A DNA stretch of 36,899 nucleotides from a virus (lineage: Duplodnaviria > Caudoviricetes): positions 1 through 36,899 of IMG/VR virus record IMGVR_UViG_3300046786_000150. One strand, given 5' to 3'. The notes under the pieces were generated by a model. The model was not told the DNA's origin. It searched no databases and worked only from the letters and a program-made list of their open reading frames with translations. Below, one piece after another: positions 1-7,695 of the stretch (position 1 is its first letter; every line of letters starts with the position of its first letter). The translations under genes were made by a program, and so were the position numbers.

Positions 1-27
1 CATTGACAAAACAACTTAAAGGAAATT

Positions 28-648
28 ATGAATAAACTATTAACATTGTTACTTGCTTCATTAGCAGTAACCACACAAGCACAGACAAACAACTGGGTTA
101 GTTCAACAAACACCCCATGGAAGAATAGTTCAGGTCAATGCTGGCGTAATTCGGCTTGGACACCTAGTACCGCACATCCTGATTGTGATGGTGCATTGAA
201 AGCAGAAACACCTGCACCAAGAGTATCAGCTACATTCCAAGCTCCAGTAGTACAACCAGCACCTGTTGTTGTGAAACCCGAACCTAAGCCAGTTGTACAT
301 AAAATGACTTATGCGGCTGACACATTTTTTGATTTTGATAAGAGTGTCATCAAGCCCGAAGGTAAAGTTAAGTTAGATGAACTTCTAGAGAAAATGAAGA
401 ACATCAATTTAGAAGTTATCATTGCAGTTGGTCATACTGATTTCATTGGCAATGATGCATACAATATGAAGTTGGGTATGCGCCGTGCTCAAGCAGTCAA
501 GGCATACCTAGTAATTAAAGGTATCGAAAGCAAGCGTGTATTCACCGACAGTAAAGGAGAGCGTCAACCTATCGCTGACAACTCATTGCCTTCAGGTCGT
601 GCAAAGAATCGCCGTGTAGAGATTGAAGTAGTCGGCACTACTAAATAA
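28..648 (+). CDS. ompA: OmpA family outer-membrane protein (betaproteobacterial type)
   Basis: Signal peptide; WKNSSGQCWR...CDG N-terminal motif; Pro-rich linker; C-terminal OmpA peptidoglycan-binding domain (FDFDKS, VGHTD, N..L...RA..V..YL, GRAKNRRVEIEV); SD AAGGA. Confidence 0.93.
   Translation: MNKLLTLLLASLAVTTQAQTNNWVSSTNTPWKNSSGQCWRNSAWTPSTAHPDCDGALKAETPAPRVSATFQAPVVQPAPVVVKPEPKPVVHKMTYAADTFFDFDKSVIKPEGKVKLDELLEKMKNINLEVIIAVGHTDFIGNDAYNMKLGMRRAQAVKAYLVIKGIESKRVFTDSKGERQPIADNSLPSGRAKNRRVEIEVVGTTK
641..647 (+). promoter_or_regulatory. T4-late-like promoter (CTAAATA) for the tmRNA gene
   Basis: NTAAATA motif overlapping the ompA stop; predicted +1 near 653, just ahead of the tmRNA acceptor piece. 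Confidence 0.5.
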
Positions 649-652
649 GTTT

Positions 653-945
653 TATTGCTGTATGAAGCAAAGAGAAAAGTGTTCTGGACGCGGGTTCGAC
701 TCCCGCCTGGTCCACCAGAAAGCATACTCCGTGGGGGCTACGAACCACATTAAACAAATAAGTAGTATGAGTATGCTTCCTAATGGGCCAGTCATGGTTT
801 CGACAGGGCAAAGAGTAACAGAGTGGACAGCAGGGTAGGCGATGACCCTAAATCAAGCAAAACAAAATAGACGCAAACGATGAAGTTTACGCATTAGCAG
901 CCTGATAAGGCCGCTTGGGGCAAGACAGGCCTCGCAACAGAACCT
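653..945 (+). ncRNA. ssrA: Circularly permuted (two-piece) tmRNA; tag (A)ANDEVYALAA
   Basis: The T-arm GCGGG-TTCGACT-CCCGC plus CTGGTCC-A-CCA (690-717) precedes the 5' strand GGGCCAG (785-791). Together they form a 7-bp acceptor stem with a G3-U70 wobble. Tag ORF GCA AAC GAT GAA GTT TAC GCA TTA GCA GCC TGA TAA at 873-908. Outer ends are approximate. Confidence 0.92.
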
Positions 946-946
946 C

Positions 947-974
947 AGAAAGGGCATTCGTGCCCTTTTCTTTT
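947..974 (+). terminator. Intrinsic terminator after tmRNA
   Basis: AAGGGCA-TTCG-TGCCCTT hairpin followed by a T-rich run. Confidence 0.85.
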
Positions 975-1001
975 GACTACGAATGTTAGGTAATATATAA
1001 T
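973..1001 (+). promoter_or_regulatory. sigma70 promoter, probably giving a leaderless mRNA
   Basis: TTGACT-17 nt-TATAAT; ATG 5 nt after the -10 box; no SD. Confidence 0.7.
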
Positions 1002-1006
1002 ATATT

Positions 1007-1291
1007 ATGAGCAACGAATTAGCAAAATATCTAAACTCACGCCGTCGCTTTCGTGACGAAACAGCAATCAAAAAACAAACTAAGATTGCTAAACAACATG
1101 GTGGTCAAACTAAAGAACCACACAAATACAACAAGCATCACGCAATGGATTGCGGAAATCCAGATTGTTATCTCTGTGGGAACCCAAGAAAAACCCATAA
1201 AGATAAACTAACAGCACAAGAAAAACGCTTGTTTCAAGACCTAGAAAAGACTTCTGACCGCCATAGTAATGGTCTAAAACCAGAAGAATAA
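1007..1291 (+). CDS. Small basic Cys/His-rich hypothetical phage protein
   Basis: 94-aa ORF with HH..DCGNPDCYLCGNPR putative Zn-binding motif; own promoter. Confidence 0.7.
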   Translation: MSNELAKYLNSRRRFRDETAIKKQTKIAKQHGGQTKEPHKYNKHHAMDCGNPDCYLCGNPRKTHKDKLTAQEKRLFQDLEKTSDRHSNGLKPEE

Positions 1292-1399
1292 GCCCAAATG
1301 CGTTGAAAGTACGCATACATTGTGTAAAATAGAAAAAGATTTGTGAAATACCTCACAAGTTAAATACTTGTTCAACGATTTTTTAAAAAGGAAACATAT

Positions 1400-2293
1400 A
1401 TGAAAAAAATCACAGTCGCGGCTTTATTGACCGCAGTTTGCATGGCTGCTTCAGCCCAAGTCACATTAACTGGTAAAGTAAGCCAGTGGATGGACAACAA
1501 TCAAGTCGGTAGTGCTAAGACTACTGGTATGACAACCGAACCAACCAGTAACATCGCTTTTGGTATTACTGAAGATTTGGGCGGTGGCATGAAGGCACGT
1601 GCAGTACTAGAAACCAGCTTGAGTGGTAACTCAATTAACGGTACTGGTACACAACTTGGTGATCGTCAATCTACAGTCGGTCTAGCAAGCAAGTTTGGTA
1701 GCGTTGACCTAGGTCGTAATGTTCATAGCCAATTCTTGGCAATCACTACAAATGACGCATTCGGAACCTTGTATGGTTCTGTTGCAGGTGATGTACATAA
1801 CCTACGTGGTCTACGTTTCAGCAATGGTGCTTTCGTAGCAACAAACTTTGGTCCTGTTAACGCAACTTGGGATCGTTCAAACAACGTTCCTGGAACTGCT
1901 GATGCTACATCTTATAGCCTAGGTGCTAAAGTTGCTGGCGTTAGTGCAACAGTTGCCGAATATCAACAAGGTGCCGCAGAAAAGAGCACAGTAGTTGGTC
2001 TAAGTGCTAAAGTAGGCAAGACTGGTGTATTCTATTCACACAGTGATAACAAGAGTGCAACCGCTGGTGAAACCAAGAAAGGTGATCTAGTTGGTCTAAG
2101 TCAATCATTTGGTCCTGTAACTGCTAAAGCAAGTTATGGTAAGACAAACACAGATGTTAAGGCATACAACGTTGGTCTAGACTATGCATTAAGCAAGCGC
2201 ACTGAAGTTGGTGTTGCATATCGTAATGTTGATGTTGCTGGTACAACCGCAGACATTAAGCAAATTGGTGTTGGTCTAACACATCGTTTCTAA
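1400..2293 (+). CDS. Gram-negative trimeric general porin (Burkholderiales/Neisseria type)
   Basis: Signal peptide ending ASA-Q; 'VTLTG', 'GITEDLGGGMKA..VLE', 'RQSTVGL.SKFGSV.LGR', 'GLDYALSKRT' and C-terminal 'GVGLTHRF'; SD AAGGA; TTAAATA at 1360-1366. Confidence 0.92.
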   Translation: MKKITVAALLTAVCMAASAQVTLTGKVSQWMDNNQVGSAKTTGMTTEPTSNIAFGITEDLGGGMKARAVLETSLSGNSINGTGTQLGDRQSTVGLASKFGSVDLGRNVHSQFLAITTNDAFGTLYGSVAGDVHNLRGLRFSNGAFVATNFGPVNATWDRSNNVPGTADATSYSLGAKVAGVSATVAEYQQGAAEKSTVVGLSAKVGKTGVFYSHSDNKSATAGETKKGDLVGLSQSFGPVTAKASYGKTNTDVKAYNVGLDYALSKRTEVGVAYRNVDVAGTTADIKQIGVGLTHRF

Positions 2294-2310
2294 TTTAGAA
2301 ACTCTTATAC

Positions 2311-2333
2311 AAAGGCTCTTCGGAGCCTTTTTT
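2311..2333 (+). terminator. Intrinsic terminator (cUUCGg loop)
   Basis: AAAGGCTC-TTCG-GAGCCTTT-TTT. Confidence 0.88.
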
Positions 2334-2359
2334 CATAAATACTTTGGGAGGAACATAAC

Positions 2360-2422
2360 ATGATACGTTTGAAATCAAAAGATATTCCGCAACCTAGTCC
2401 TTCTGAGACAGGTCCAGAGTAA
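2360..2422 (+). CDS. 20-aa micropeptide MIRLKSKDIPQPSPSETGPE
   Basis: ATAAATA at 2335-2341, strong SD GGAGG, ATG, TAA, then its own terminator; not in the supplied ORF track. Confidence 0.55.
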   Translation: MIRLKSKDIPQPSPSETGPE

Positions 2423-2439
2423 AAACAATTGAAAGATAA

Positions 2440-2467
2440 AAAAAAGGGCACTTAGGTGCCCTTTTTT
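2440..2467 (+). terminator. Intrinsic (bidirectional-type) terminator
   Basis: AAAAAAGGGCAC-TTAG-GTGCCCTTTTTT. Confidence 0.85.
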
Positions 2468-2503
2468 GTTGGATTATACAATATATACGTATATAATACT
2501 TTC

Positions 2504-2552
2504 TATAGAGCACTAAGTAAATGTATAGAGTGCTCTACGATAGTGCTCTATA
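2504..2552. repeat. 12-bp inverted repeat with an extra internal half-site in the HNH gene leader
   Basis: TATAGAGCACTA (2504-2515) / TAGTGCTCTATA (2541-2552); a second AGTGCTCTA at 2529-2537. Confidence 0.8.
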
Positions 2553-2564
2553 AGAAAGAGGATA

Positions 2565-2930
2565 ATGTCAAATTTAGGTTGTTTTACTTGTTTAAGTTGT
2601 GGTAAGGTTAATCCGATCAAGGGTCACTCCTATACTAACAAGTACTGTAATAATAGTTGTCAACAAGAACATCAAAGACGTAATCGTATGTTTGAAAATG
2701 TTCAGAAATGGAAAGAATCTAGTCAGCCGCAAGCATGGGCTAAGATTCCTGATTGGATCAAACAGTACTTGATTAAGGAAAGAGGTCACCAATGTGAAGT
2801 TTGTAACAACACACAACATAACGGAAAAGATATTCCATTAGATGTAACTTACGCAGATGGCGACAGTTACAACAACAAGGAAGACAATCTACAGTTGATA
2901 TGCCCCAATTGTAGGGCACAGAGAAAATAA
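2565..2930 (+). CDS. Zn-finger HNH-family protein with a degenerate active site
   Basis: CxxC, YCNNSCQ, CEVC and 'LDVTYADGDSYNN...NL.LICPNCR', where HNH proteins normally have 'DHIDG..NN...NL..LCPNCH'. Confidence 0.75.
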   Translation: MSNLGCFTCLSCGKVNPIKGHSYTNKYCNNSCQQEHQRRNRMFENVQKWKESSQPQAWAKIPDWIKQYLIKERGHQCEVCNNTQHNGKDIPLDVTYADGDSYNNKEDNLQLICPNCRAQRK

Positions 2931-2956
2931 TTCATTAACACACAAAGGAAATTAAA

Positions 2957-3502
2957 ATGAAAACAATCGGCGATAAAATCACAAGTTTTGCAATTACAGG
3001 TGTCAAGCCCGGCGCACTAACACCAGAAGGTGCTTTTGAAACTATTACAGATAAGAGTTTCGAAGGCAAGTGGAAGGTAATCGTTTACTATCCAAAAGAC
3101 TTCACATTCGTATGTCCTACAGAAATCGTAGCATACGATAAGTTGAATGGTGACTTTAGTGATCGTGATGCAGTTCTATTGATCGGCTCTACTGATAATG
3201 AGTTCTGTAAACTAGCCTGGCGTAACGCACACGAAGACCTAAAGAAAACAAATTCTTGGTCATTCGCAGACGTAGCACGTGATGACAATTCACTAGCAGA
3301 ACAACTAGGTATCTTCTATAAGCCAGCTGGCGCGGCACTACGTGCAACCTTCATTGTTGATCCTGACAATGTTATTCAACACGTTACTGTAAACAACTTG
3401 GATGTTGGTCGTAGTCCAGATGAAACATTGCGTATTCTTGACGCATTGCAAACTGGCGAACTATGCCCATGCTCACGTCCAATCGGCGGTGAGACACTAT
3501 AA
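2957..3502 (+). CDS. ahpC: 2-Cys peroxiredoxin (alkyl hydroperoxide reductase C)
   Basis: YPKDFTFVCPTE peroxidatic motif, RATFIVDP, GRS.DE.LR..DALQ, ELCP resolving Cys. Confidence 0.95.
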   Translation: MKTIGDKITSFAITGVKPGALTPEGAFETITDKSFEGKWKVIVYYPKDFTFVCPTEIVAYDKLNGDFSDRDAVLLIGSTDNEFCKLAWRNAHEDLKKTNSWSFADVARDDNSLAEQLGIFYKPAGAALRATFIVDPDNVIQHVTVNNLDVGRSPDETLRILDALQTGELCPCSRPIGGETL

Positions 3503-4152
3503 TGTTAGAAACTATTTGCGACACATTAGTTGAAGCATATAGACGCAACTGGATTACCAGTCGTGATGGCAATGTAAGTATTCGTCATCACGACAGGGAC
3601 CATTTCTATATTACACCTAGTGGCGTGCGTAAACAAACTCTACAGCCCGATCAGTTTAAAAAGATACAGATTGTTAAATGGGATACTGGTATTGATAACG
3701 TACTGGCTTATAACTGGAAAGAGGCATCATATACTGATATTAGTGCTAATCTAAAGCCCAGTGGCGAAATTCCATTGCACTTCGGATTACAAAAGAACAT
3801 GGGACAACATAGTGATGATGTAAGAGTAGTAGTACACTTGCATCCTACGTATTGTGTGGCTGCTATGCATGCGGGCATAGATTTAAGTACTATCGTTAAC
3901 GATTTTCCAGAACTCAGTCGCTACACTAAAGTAGCACCTAACGTAGGAGATGTTCCACCAATTAGTCAAGAGCTTGCTGACCGATGCCATGAAAACTTAC
4001 AATTAGACAACTATGGTAACATCAGTTACGATATTGTAGGTATCAAAGGACATGGTGTTGTAGCTATTGATACTAGTCCATGGCGTGCGTTTGAGCACAT
4101 TGAACGTTTAGAACATATCTGTCAAATCGTATTAGCATCAGGGAAATATTAA
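3502..4152 (+). CDS. Class II aldolase/adducin family metalloenzyme
   Basis: GNVSIR, ITPSG, PSGE.PLH, VVHLHP, GHGVVA motifs. Confidence 0.88.
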   Translation: MLETICDTLVEAYRRNWITSRDGNVSIRHHDRDHFYITPSGVRKQTLQPDQFKKIQIVKWDTGIDNVLAYNWKEASYTDISANLKPSGEIPLHFGLQKNMGQHSDDVRVVVHLHPTYCVAAMHAGIDLSTIVNDFPELSRYTKVAPNVGDVPPISQELADRCHENLQLDNYGNISYDIVGIKGHGVVAIDTSPWRAFEHIERLEHICQIVLASGKY

Positions 4153-4785
4153 ATGAGTTACATTGTAGGATCATTGCCACCTATCAAATGCTTTGTTAAG
4201 AAAGAATTTCTGTATAACTTTGAAAAAGGTCATGGAGAATTAGAACCTGCTATATGGGTAAGTCTTAAGGCATTACGAGGTCAAGTGTTTCGCATAGAAT
4301 CATTGTTGCCTAATTACGGAGCACTGTATGATAAACTTCCTATTCATGCTTATGTATGGCAAGAAAATTATACAGGCAATCTACCCATTGATATTTTACA
4401 ATTGTGGGATTGTATGGGATACCGTTTTACTATTATTGAAAAAATAGGATTACGTAATCTGGGTGTAAAGTTTTTAGGCAAAGACAAAGAATGGCATTAT
4501 GGAACCTACTTGTTTACAGTAGATTTTTGTGCTGACGGTATGGACGTAGACACTGGGTTTACAGAAGTAGCTGAAGAACACAAATCGTTTAACTTTATCA
4601 AGTTAGAGAACGGGCAGTTTGCTTGTCAACCTAACAACAGATGTTTATGGTATGACCAAAGTTTGATTTCTGGAAATGTTAAATTTCCTGATTTCAAAGC
4701 CGCACAAACTATATTCACTGTTGATGGTACTCGCAAGTGGAGTGCAGGGGACGATTGGTTTTATTCAATCGAGGAAAGAAAGTAA
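4153..4785 (+). CDS. Hypothetical phage protein
   Basis: 210-aa ORF abutting the upstream stop; globular composition; no recognised catalytic motif. Confidence 0.75.
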   Translation: MSYIVGSLPPIKCFVKKEFLYNFEKGHGELEPAIWVSLKALRGQVFRIESLLPNYGALYDKLPIHAYVWQENYTGNLPIDILQLWDCMGYRFTIIEKIGLRNLGVKFLGKDKEWHYGTYLFTVDFCADGMDVDTGFTEVAEEHKSFNFIKLENGQFACQPNNRCLWYDQSLISGNVKFPDFKAAQTIFTVDGTRKWSAGDDWFYSIEERK

Positions 4786-4798
4786 TAGGAGATATTAA

Positions 4799-5455
4799 AT
4801 GTTAGAAGCAATTTGGGCCGTTATAGCCATTGTATTGATTGATATTGTATTAGCAGGTGACAACGCACTTGTTATTGGTATGGCAGCAAATCGTTTGCCA
4901 GAACATCAACGAAAAAGTGTAATCTTTTGGGGAACGTTTGGCGCAGTGGCAATTAGATTTATATCTGTGGCGGCACTAACTTACTTGTTATTGATTCCAG
5001 GACTTAGATTGATTGGTGGATTGGCACTAATTTATATCGGATGGAAGTTAGCATTCGCGGATAAGGAACATAGTGTTTCTGCTAAAGAAACATTCTGGGG
5101 AGCTATCAGCACTATTGTTATTGCAGACGCAGTAATGGGCATTGATAATGCATTGGGTATTGCGGCAGCAGCCGGTGGCAATTTTTCAATGGTTATCTTT
5201 GGTTTATTGATTAGTGTTCCAATCATATTGTTTGGTAGTACTGTAATTGCAAAGTTACTAGAAAAGTATCCTGATAGTGTATTCATTGGAAGTTTTGTAT
5301 TGTTTGTAGTAGCACTACAAATGATTTTAAAAGAGCCTTTTGTTGATACACATATTGACCCTGCACACGATTGGGTAGAGCATTCAATCGCTTGGTTAGT
5401 AGCTATTGTATTAACAGCAAAACAATATTATAGAGCAAGAATAAGGAGAAAATAA
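4799..5455 (+). CDS. TerC/YjbE family integral membrane protein
   Basis: DIVLAGDNALVIGMAA..LP..QR, ADAVMGIDNALGIA, GLLISVPII motifs; about 7 hydrophobic segments. Confidence 0.9.
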   Translation: MLEAIWAVIAIVLIDIVLAGDNALVIGMAANRLPEHQRKSVIFWGTFGAVAIRFISVAALTYLLLIPGLRLIGGLALIYIGWKLAFADKEHSVSAKETFWGAISTIVIADAVMGIDNALGIAAAAGGNFSMVIFGLLISVPIILFGSTVIAKLLEKYPDSVFIGSFVLFVVALQMILKEPFVDTHIDPAHDWVEHSIAWLVAIVLTAKQYYRARIRRK

Positions 5456-5456
5456 A

Positions 5457-5975
5457 ATGACAGCATGGGTAGACGCACTTAAAGAATCTAGTATTCCTGA
5501 TTACGCAAAGGATACTAAACTAAACATTGACGCAGTAGTTAAGCGTAGTTCTCTTCCAATAGAAGAAGCAGAGGGTGTAGCATTAGCGGCAGCATTTGCA
5601 ACTGGCAATAGCAAGTTGTGGACTTGGATGGAAAGTCAGATTACTAACAAGACTGAAACACAAGCCGCATTGACTGCAGGAGCATTGATGGCACAAAACA
5701 ATGTATGGTATCCATATGTTGAAATGGCTGACGATGAAAATCTAAAAGGATTACCCGCTCAACTACGTATGAATGCTATCAGCACATCGGGTGGCACAAC
5801 CAAAGAACGCTTTGAGGCATATTCATTAGCCGCAAGCATTGTTGGTAAGTGTCACTTCTGTGTTAAGGCGCACTACGAAGGCTTGAAGAAGATGGGCTAT
5901 ACTGTAGAACAACTACGTGATATCGGTCGCATCGCAAGTGTAATCAATTCAGTGTCAAAAGTAGTAGCAAGTTAA
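5457..5975 (+). CDS. ahpD: Alkylhydroperoxidase AhpD (CMD family)
   Basis: IPDYAKD.KLN, AGALMAQNNVWY, LRMN, SIVGKCHFCVKAH (CxxC). Confidence 0.92.
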   Translation: MTAWVDALKESSIPDYAKDTKLNIDAVVKRSSLPIEEAEGVALAAAFATGNSKLWTWMESQITNKTETQAALTAGALMAQNNVWYPYVEMADDENLKGLPAQLRMNAISTSGGTTKERFEAYSLAASIVGKCHFCVKAHYEGLKKMGYTVEQLRDIGRIASVINSVSKVVAS

Positions 5976-5982
5976 TTGCCCA

Positions 5983-6025
5983 ATAAGTTTGATTATGCTA
6001 AATATTTCTGTATAATCAAACTTAT
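5983..6025. promoter_or_regulatory. 14-bp perfect inverted repeat enclosing a late-type promoter and overlapping a sigma70-like promoter, upstream of the tRNA
   Basis: ATAAGTTTGATTAT (5983-5996) / ATAATCAAACTTAT (6012-6025); CTAAATA 5998-6004; TTGATT..TATAAT (5989-6016). Confidence 0.65.
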
Positions 6026-6030
6026 ACATT

Positions 6031-6106
6031 GCGTCCGTAGCTAAGTGGAACAGCGTGAGCCTCTAAAACTCTGGATGCGTGGGTTCGATTCCCACCGGAC
6101 GCACCA
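6031..6106 (+). tRNA. tRNA with CUA anticodon (amber suppressor), Arg-like body
   Basis: Acceptor GCGTCCG/CGGACGC-A-CCA; D arm GCT..GGA..AGC; T arm GTGGG-TTCGATT-CCCAC. Anticodon stem GAG/CTC places the loop CT-CTA-AA (CTA at 6063-6065, U33 present). The stem has U-U and C-A mismatches. Confidence 0.85.
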
Positions 6107-6127
6107 ATTAACTTAAAGGAAACTAAA

Positions 6128-6700
6128 ATGGCATAGATTGAATTTGCGTGTAAGGAAGTTGTGTTTCACTTCAACAAGAAACACTTGGAAGATCAGACCA
6201 TTCCCATGTGGGTCTTAAAATTTCATGGCGAAACGTATTATGTGAATCATGTGGAATGCAATATTTCATGGTCTACAAAAGAGACACCTGACAACTCACA
6301 TACTAAGGGCAGTATCAAAGTCAAAGAGGTTCTATTAACCATTGATGACGATAACAATGCTAACTTAACCCAACTCACTATATTTGATAAGATTCGTTTG
6401 CGTAATCAAAAATTAGGCATTACTAGAATCATGTTCAGACCACATAGTGATATTCACAAAGCATTACAAAGGAATGAATTTAAACACAGTCCGTTTAAGA
6501 ATATCTTAGGACGATGTGCTACTGGGTTTGTTATCTGTGATTTGCTTGATAAGGCTGAGCTAACATTCGCAACACTGAAATATGACGATTTTAGAGTAGT
6601 TCAGCCCAACGAATCATATTATAAGGAATATGATGACGTTAAAGGTGACCATATCAAAGTTGATTATAGTCATCCGGATACACCCTTTGAATATAGTTGA
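6128..6700 (+). CDS. Hypothetical protein with in-frame TAG at codon 3 (read-through product about 190 aa; alternative GTG start at 6161)
   Basis: SD AAAGGA 7 nt before ATG 6128; ATG GCA TAG ATT GAA TTT GCG TGT AAG GAA GTT GTG is in frame with the 179-aa ORF 6161-6700. Confidence 0.75.
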
Positions 6701-6816
6701 CCAAACTTCTTTTTTATAAGAAAGCCCTATGTTATACTAAATAATGTTGAAGCATGGGGCTTCACCTAACACTCTTTAAACACTATGGTCTTAGAGTGTG
6801 ACCAGAAAAGGAAAAT

Positions 6817-7665
6817 ATGATGTACAATCAAAAGCTGGTGGCCAGCCTAAAAGCCAATGGTAAAATCCTTCGTGAATTCAAGGATACTGTCTACTGCCCA
6901 TTCGGAGCAGAATATTCAATACTACTCAAAAACCTAAATACTGTTCGTGCAGTCGTTCATGTTTACATTGACGGCGAGAATATGATACCTGACGGTCTTG
7001 TATTAAACGCAGGGCAAGAAGTTGACCTAGAACGTAGTATTAAGAACGGTAATCTAAATGAAGGCAATCGCTTCAAGTTCATTGAAAGAACTGGTGCTGT
7101 CGAACAACACCGTGGTGTCAAACTAGAAGATGGATTGATTCGTATTGAGTATCAATTTGAAATTCCCCGCCCTATTATTAATATTACTAATGCTTATGAC
7201 CATTTTAGATACACTGGCATTAAAGATGCTTATAATACTAATCCATCCTATAATATCAATGGTATGTTGCGTAGTGTTGACTGGAGCAAGAATGGAGAAG
7301 TAACTGCACAGGCAGCAAGTGTCGCAGTCAATAACTACTGTGCCCAAAACAACATCAGTGCTAGTATCGGTGAAATACATGATGGTATGGCAACAATGGA
7401 TTCGTATGTACCAAAGAACGAAACAGGTATTACTGTACCTGGTTCTAGAAGCGAACAGAAGTTTCAAACAACTACAATGGGTGCATTAGATCCTCAGAAA
7501 CATTCAATCGTATTGAAGATTCTAGGTGAGACTCCTGACAACGAGCCTGTTCGTAAGCCTGTCACTGTAAAGCACAAACCTAAATGTGTCACGTGCGGTA
7601 AACAGAACAAAGCAAACGCCAAGTTCTGTACTGAATGCGGAACAGCATTAGAAATTTTTGCTTAA
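6817..7665 (+). CDS. Hypothetical protein with C-terminal zinc ribbon
   Basis: 282 aa; C-terminal CVTCG..N...AKFCTECG; SD AAGGA; CTAAATA at 6737-6743. Confidence 0.8.
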   Translation: MMYNQKLVASLKANGKILREFKDTVYCPFGAEYSILLKNLNTVRAVVHVYIDGENMIPDGLVLNAGQEVDLERSIKNGNLNEGNRFKFIERTGAVEQHRGVKLEDGLIRIEYQFEIPRPIINITNAYDHFRYTGIKDAYNTNPSYNINGMLRSVDWSKNGEVTAQAASVAVNNYCAQNNISASIGEIHDGMATMDSYVPKNETGITVPGSRSEQKFQTTTMGALDPQKHSIVLKILGETPDNEPVRKPVTVKHKPKCVTCGKQNKANAKFCTECGTALEIFA

Positions 7666-7667
7666 AA

Positions 7668-7695
7668 AAAAGAGGCTCATTAATGAGCCTCTTTT
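7668..7695. terminator. Bidirectional terminator between convergent genes
   Basis: Perfect 28-bp palindrome AAAAGAGGCTCATT/AATGAGCCTCTTTT. Confidence 0.8.

Noticed and set aside
686-717. tRNA 3' fragment as an attP/att site or a tRNA pseudogene
   Set aside because: It pairs exactly with the downstream GGGCCAG and is followed by a tag ORF, so a permuted tmRNA explains it; there is no integrase nearby.
853-1071. Minus-strand 72-aa ORF
   Set aside because: It is antisense to the tmRNA, its terminator and the next gene.
6031-6106. Reading the tRNA as ordinary tRNA-Arg(TCT)
   Set aside because: That register puts C at position 33 and leaves the anticodon stem unpaired (GTGAG vs AACTC). The CTA register pairs GAG/CTC and fits numbering from the D arm. 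The body is Arg-like, so an Arg origin remains plausible.
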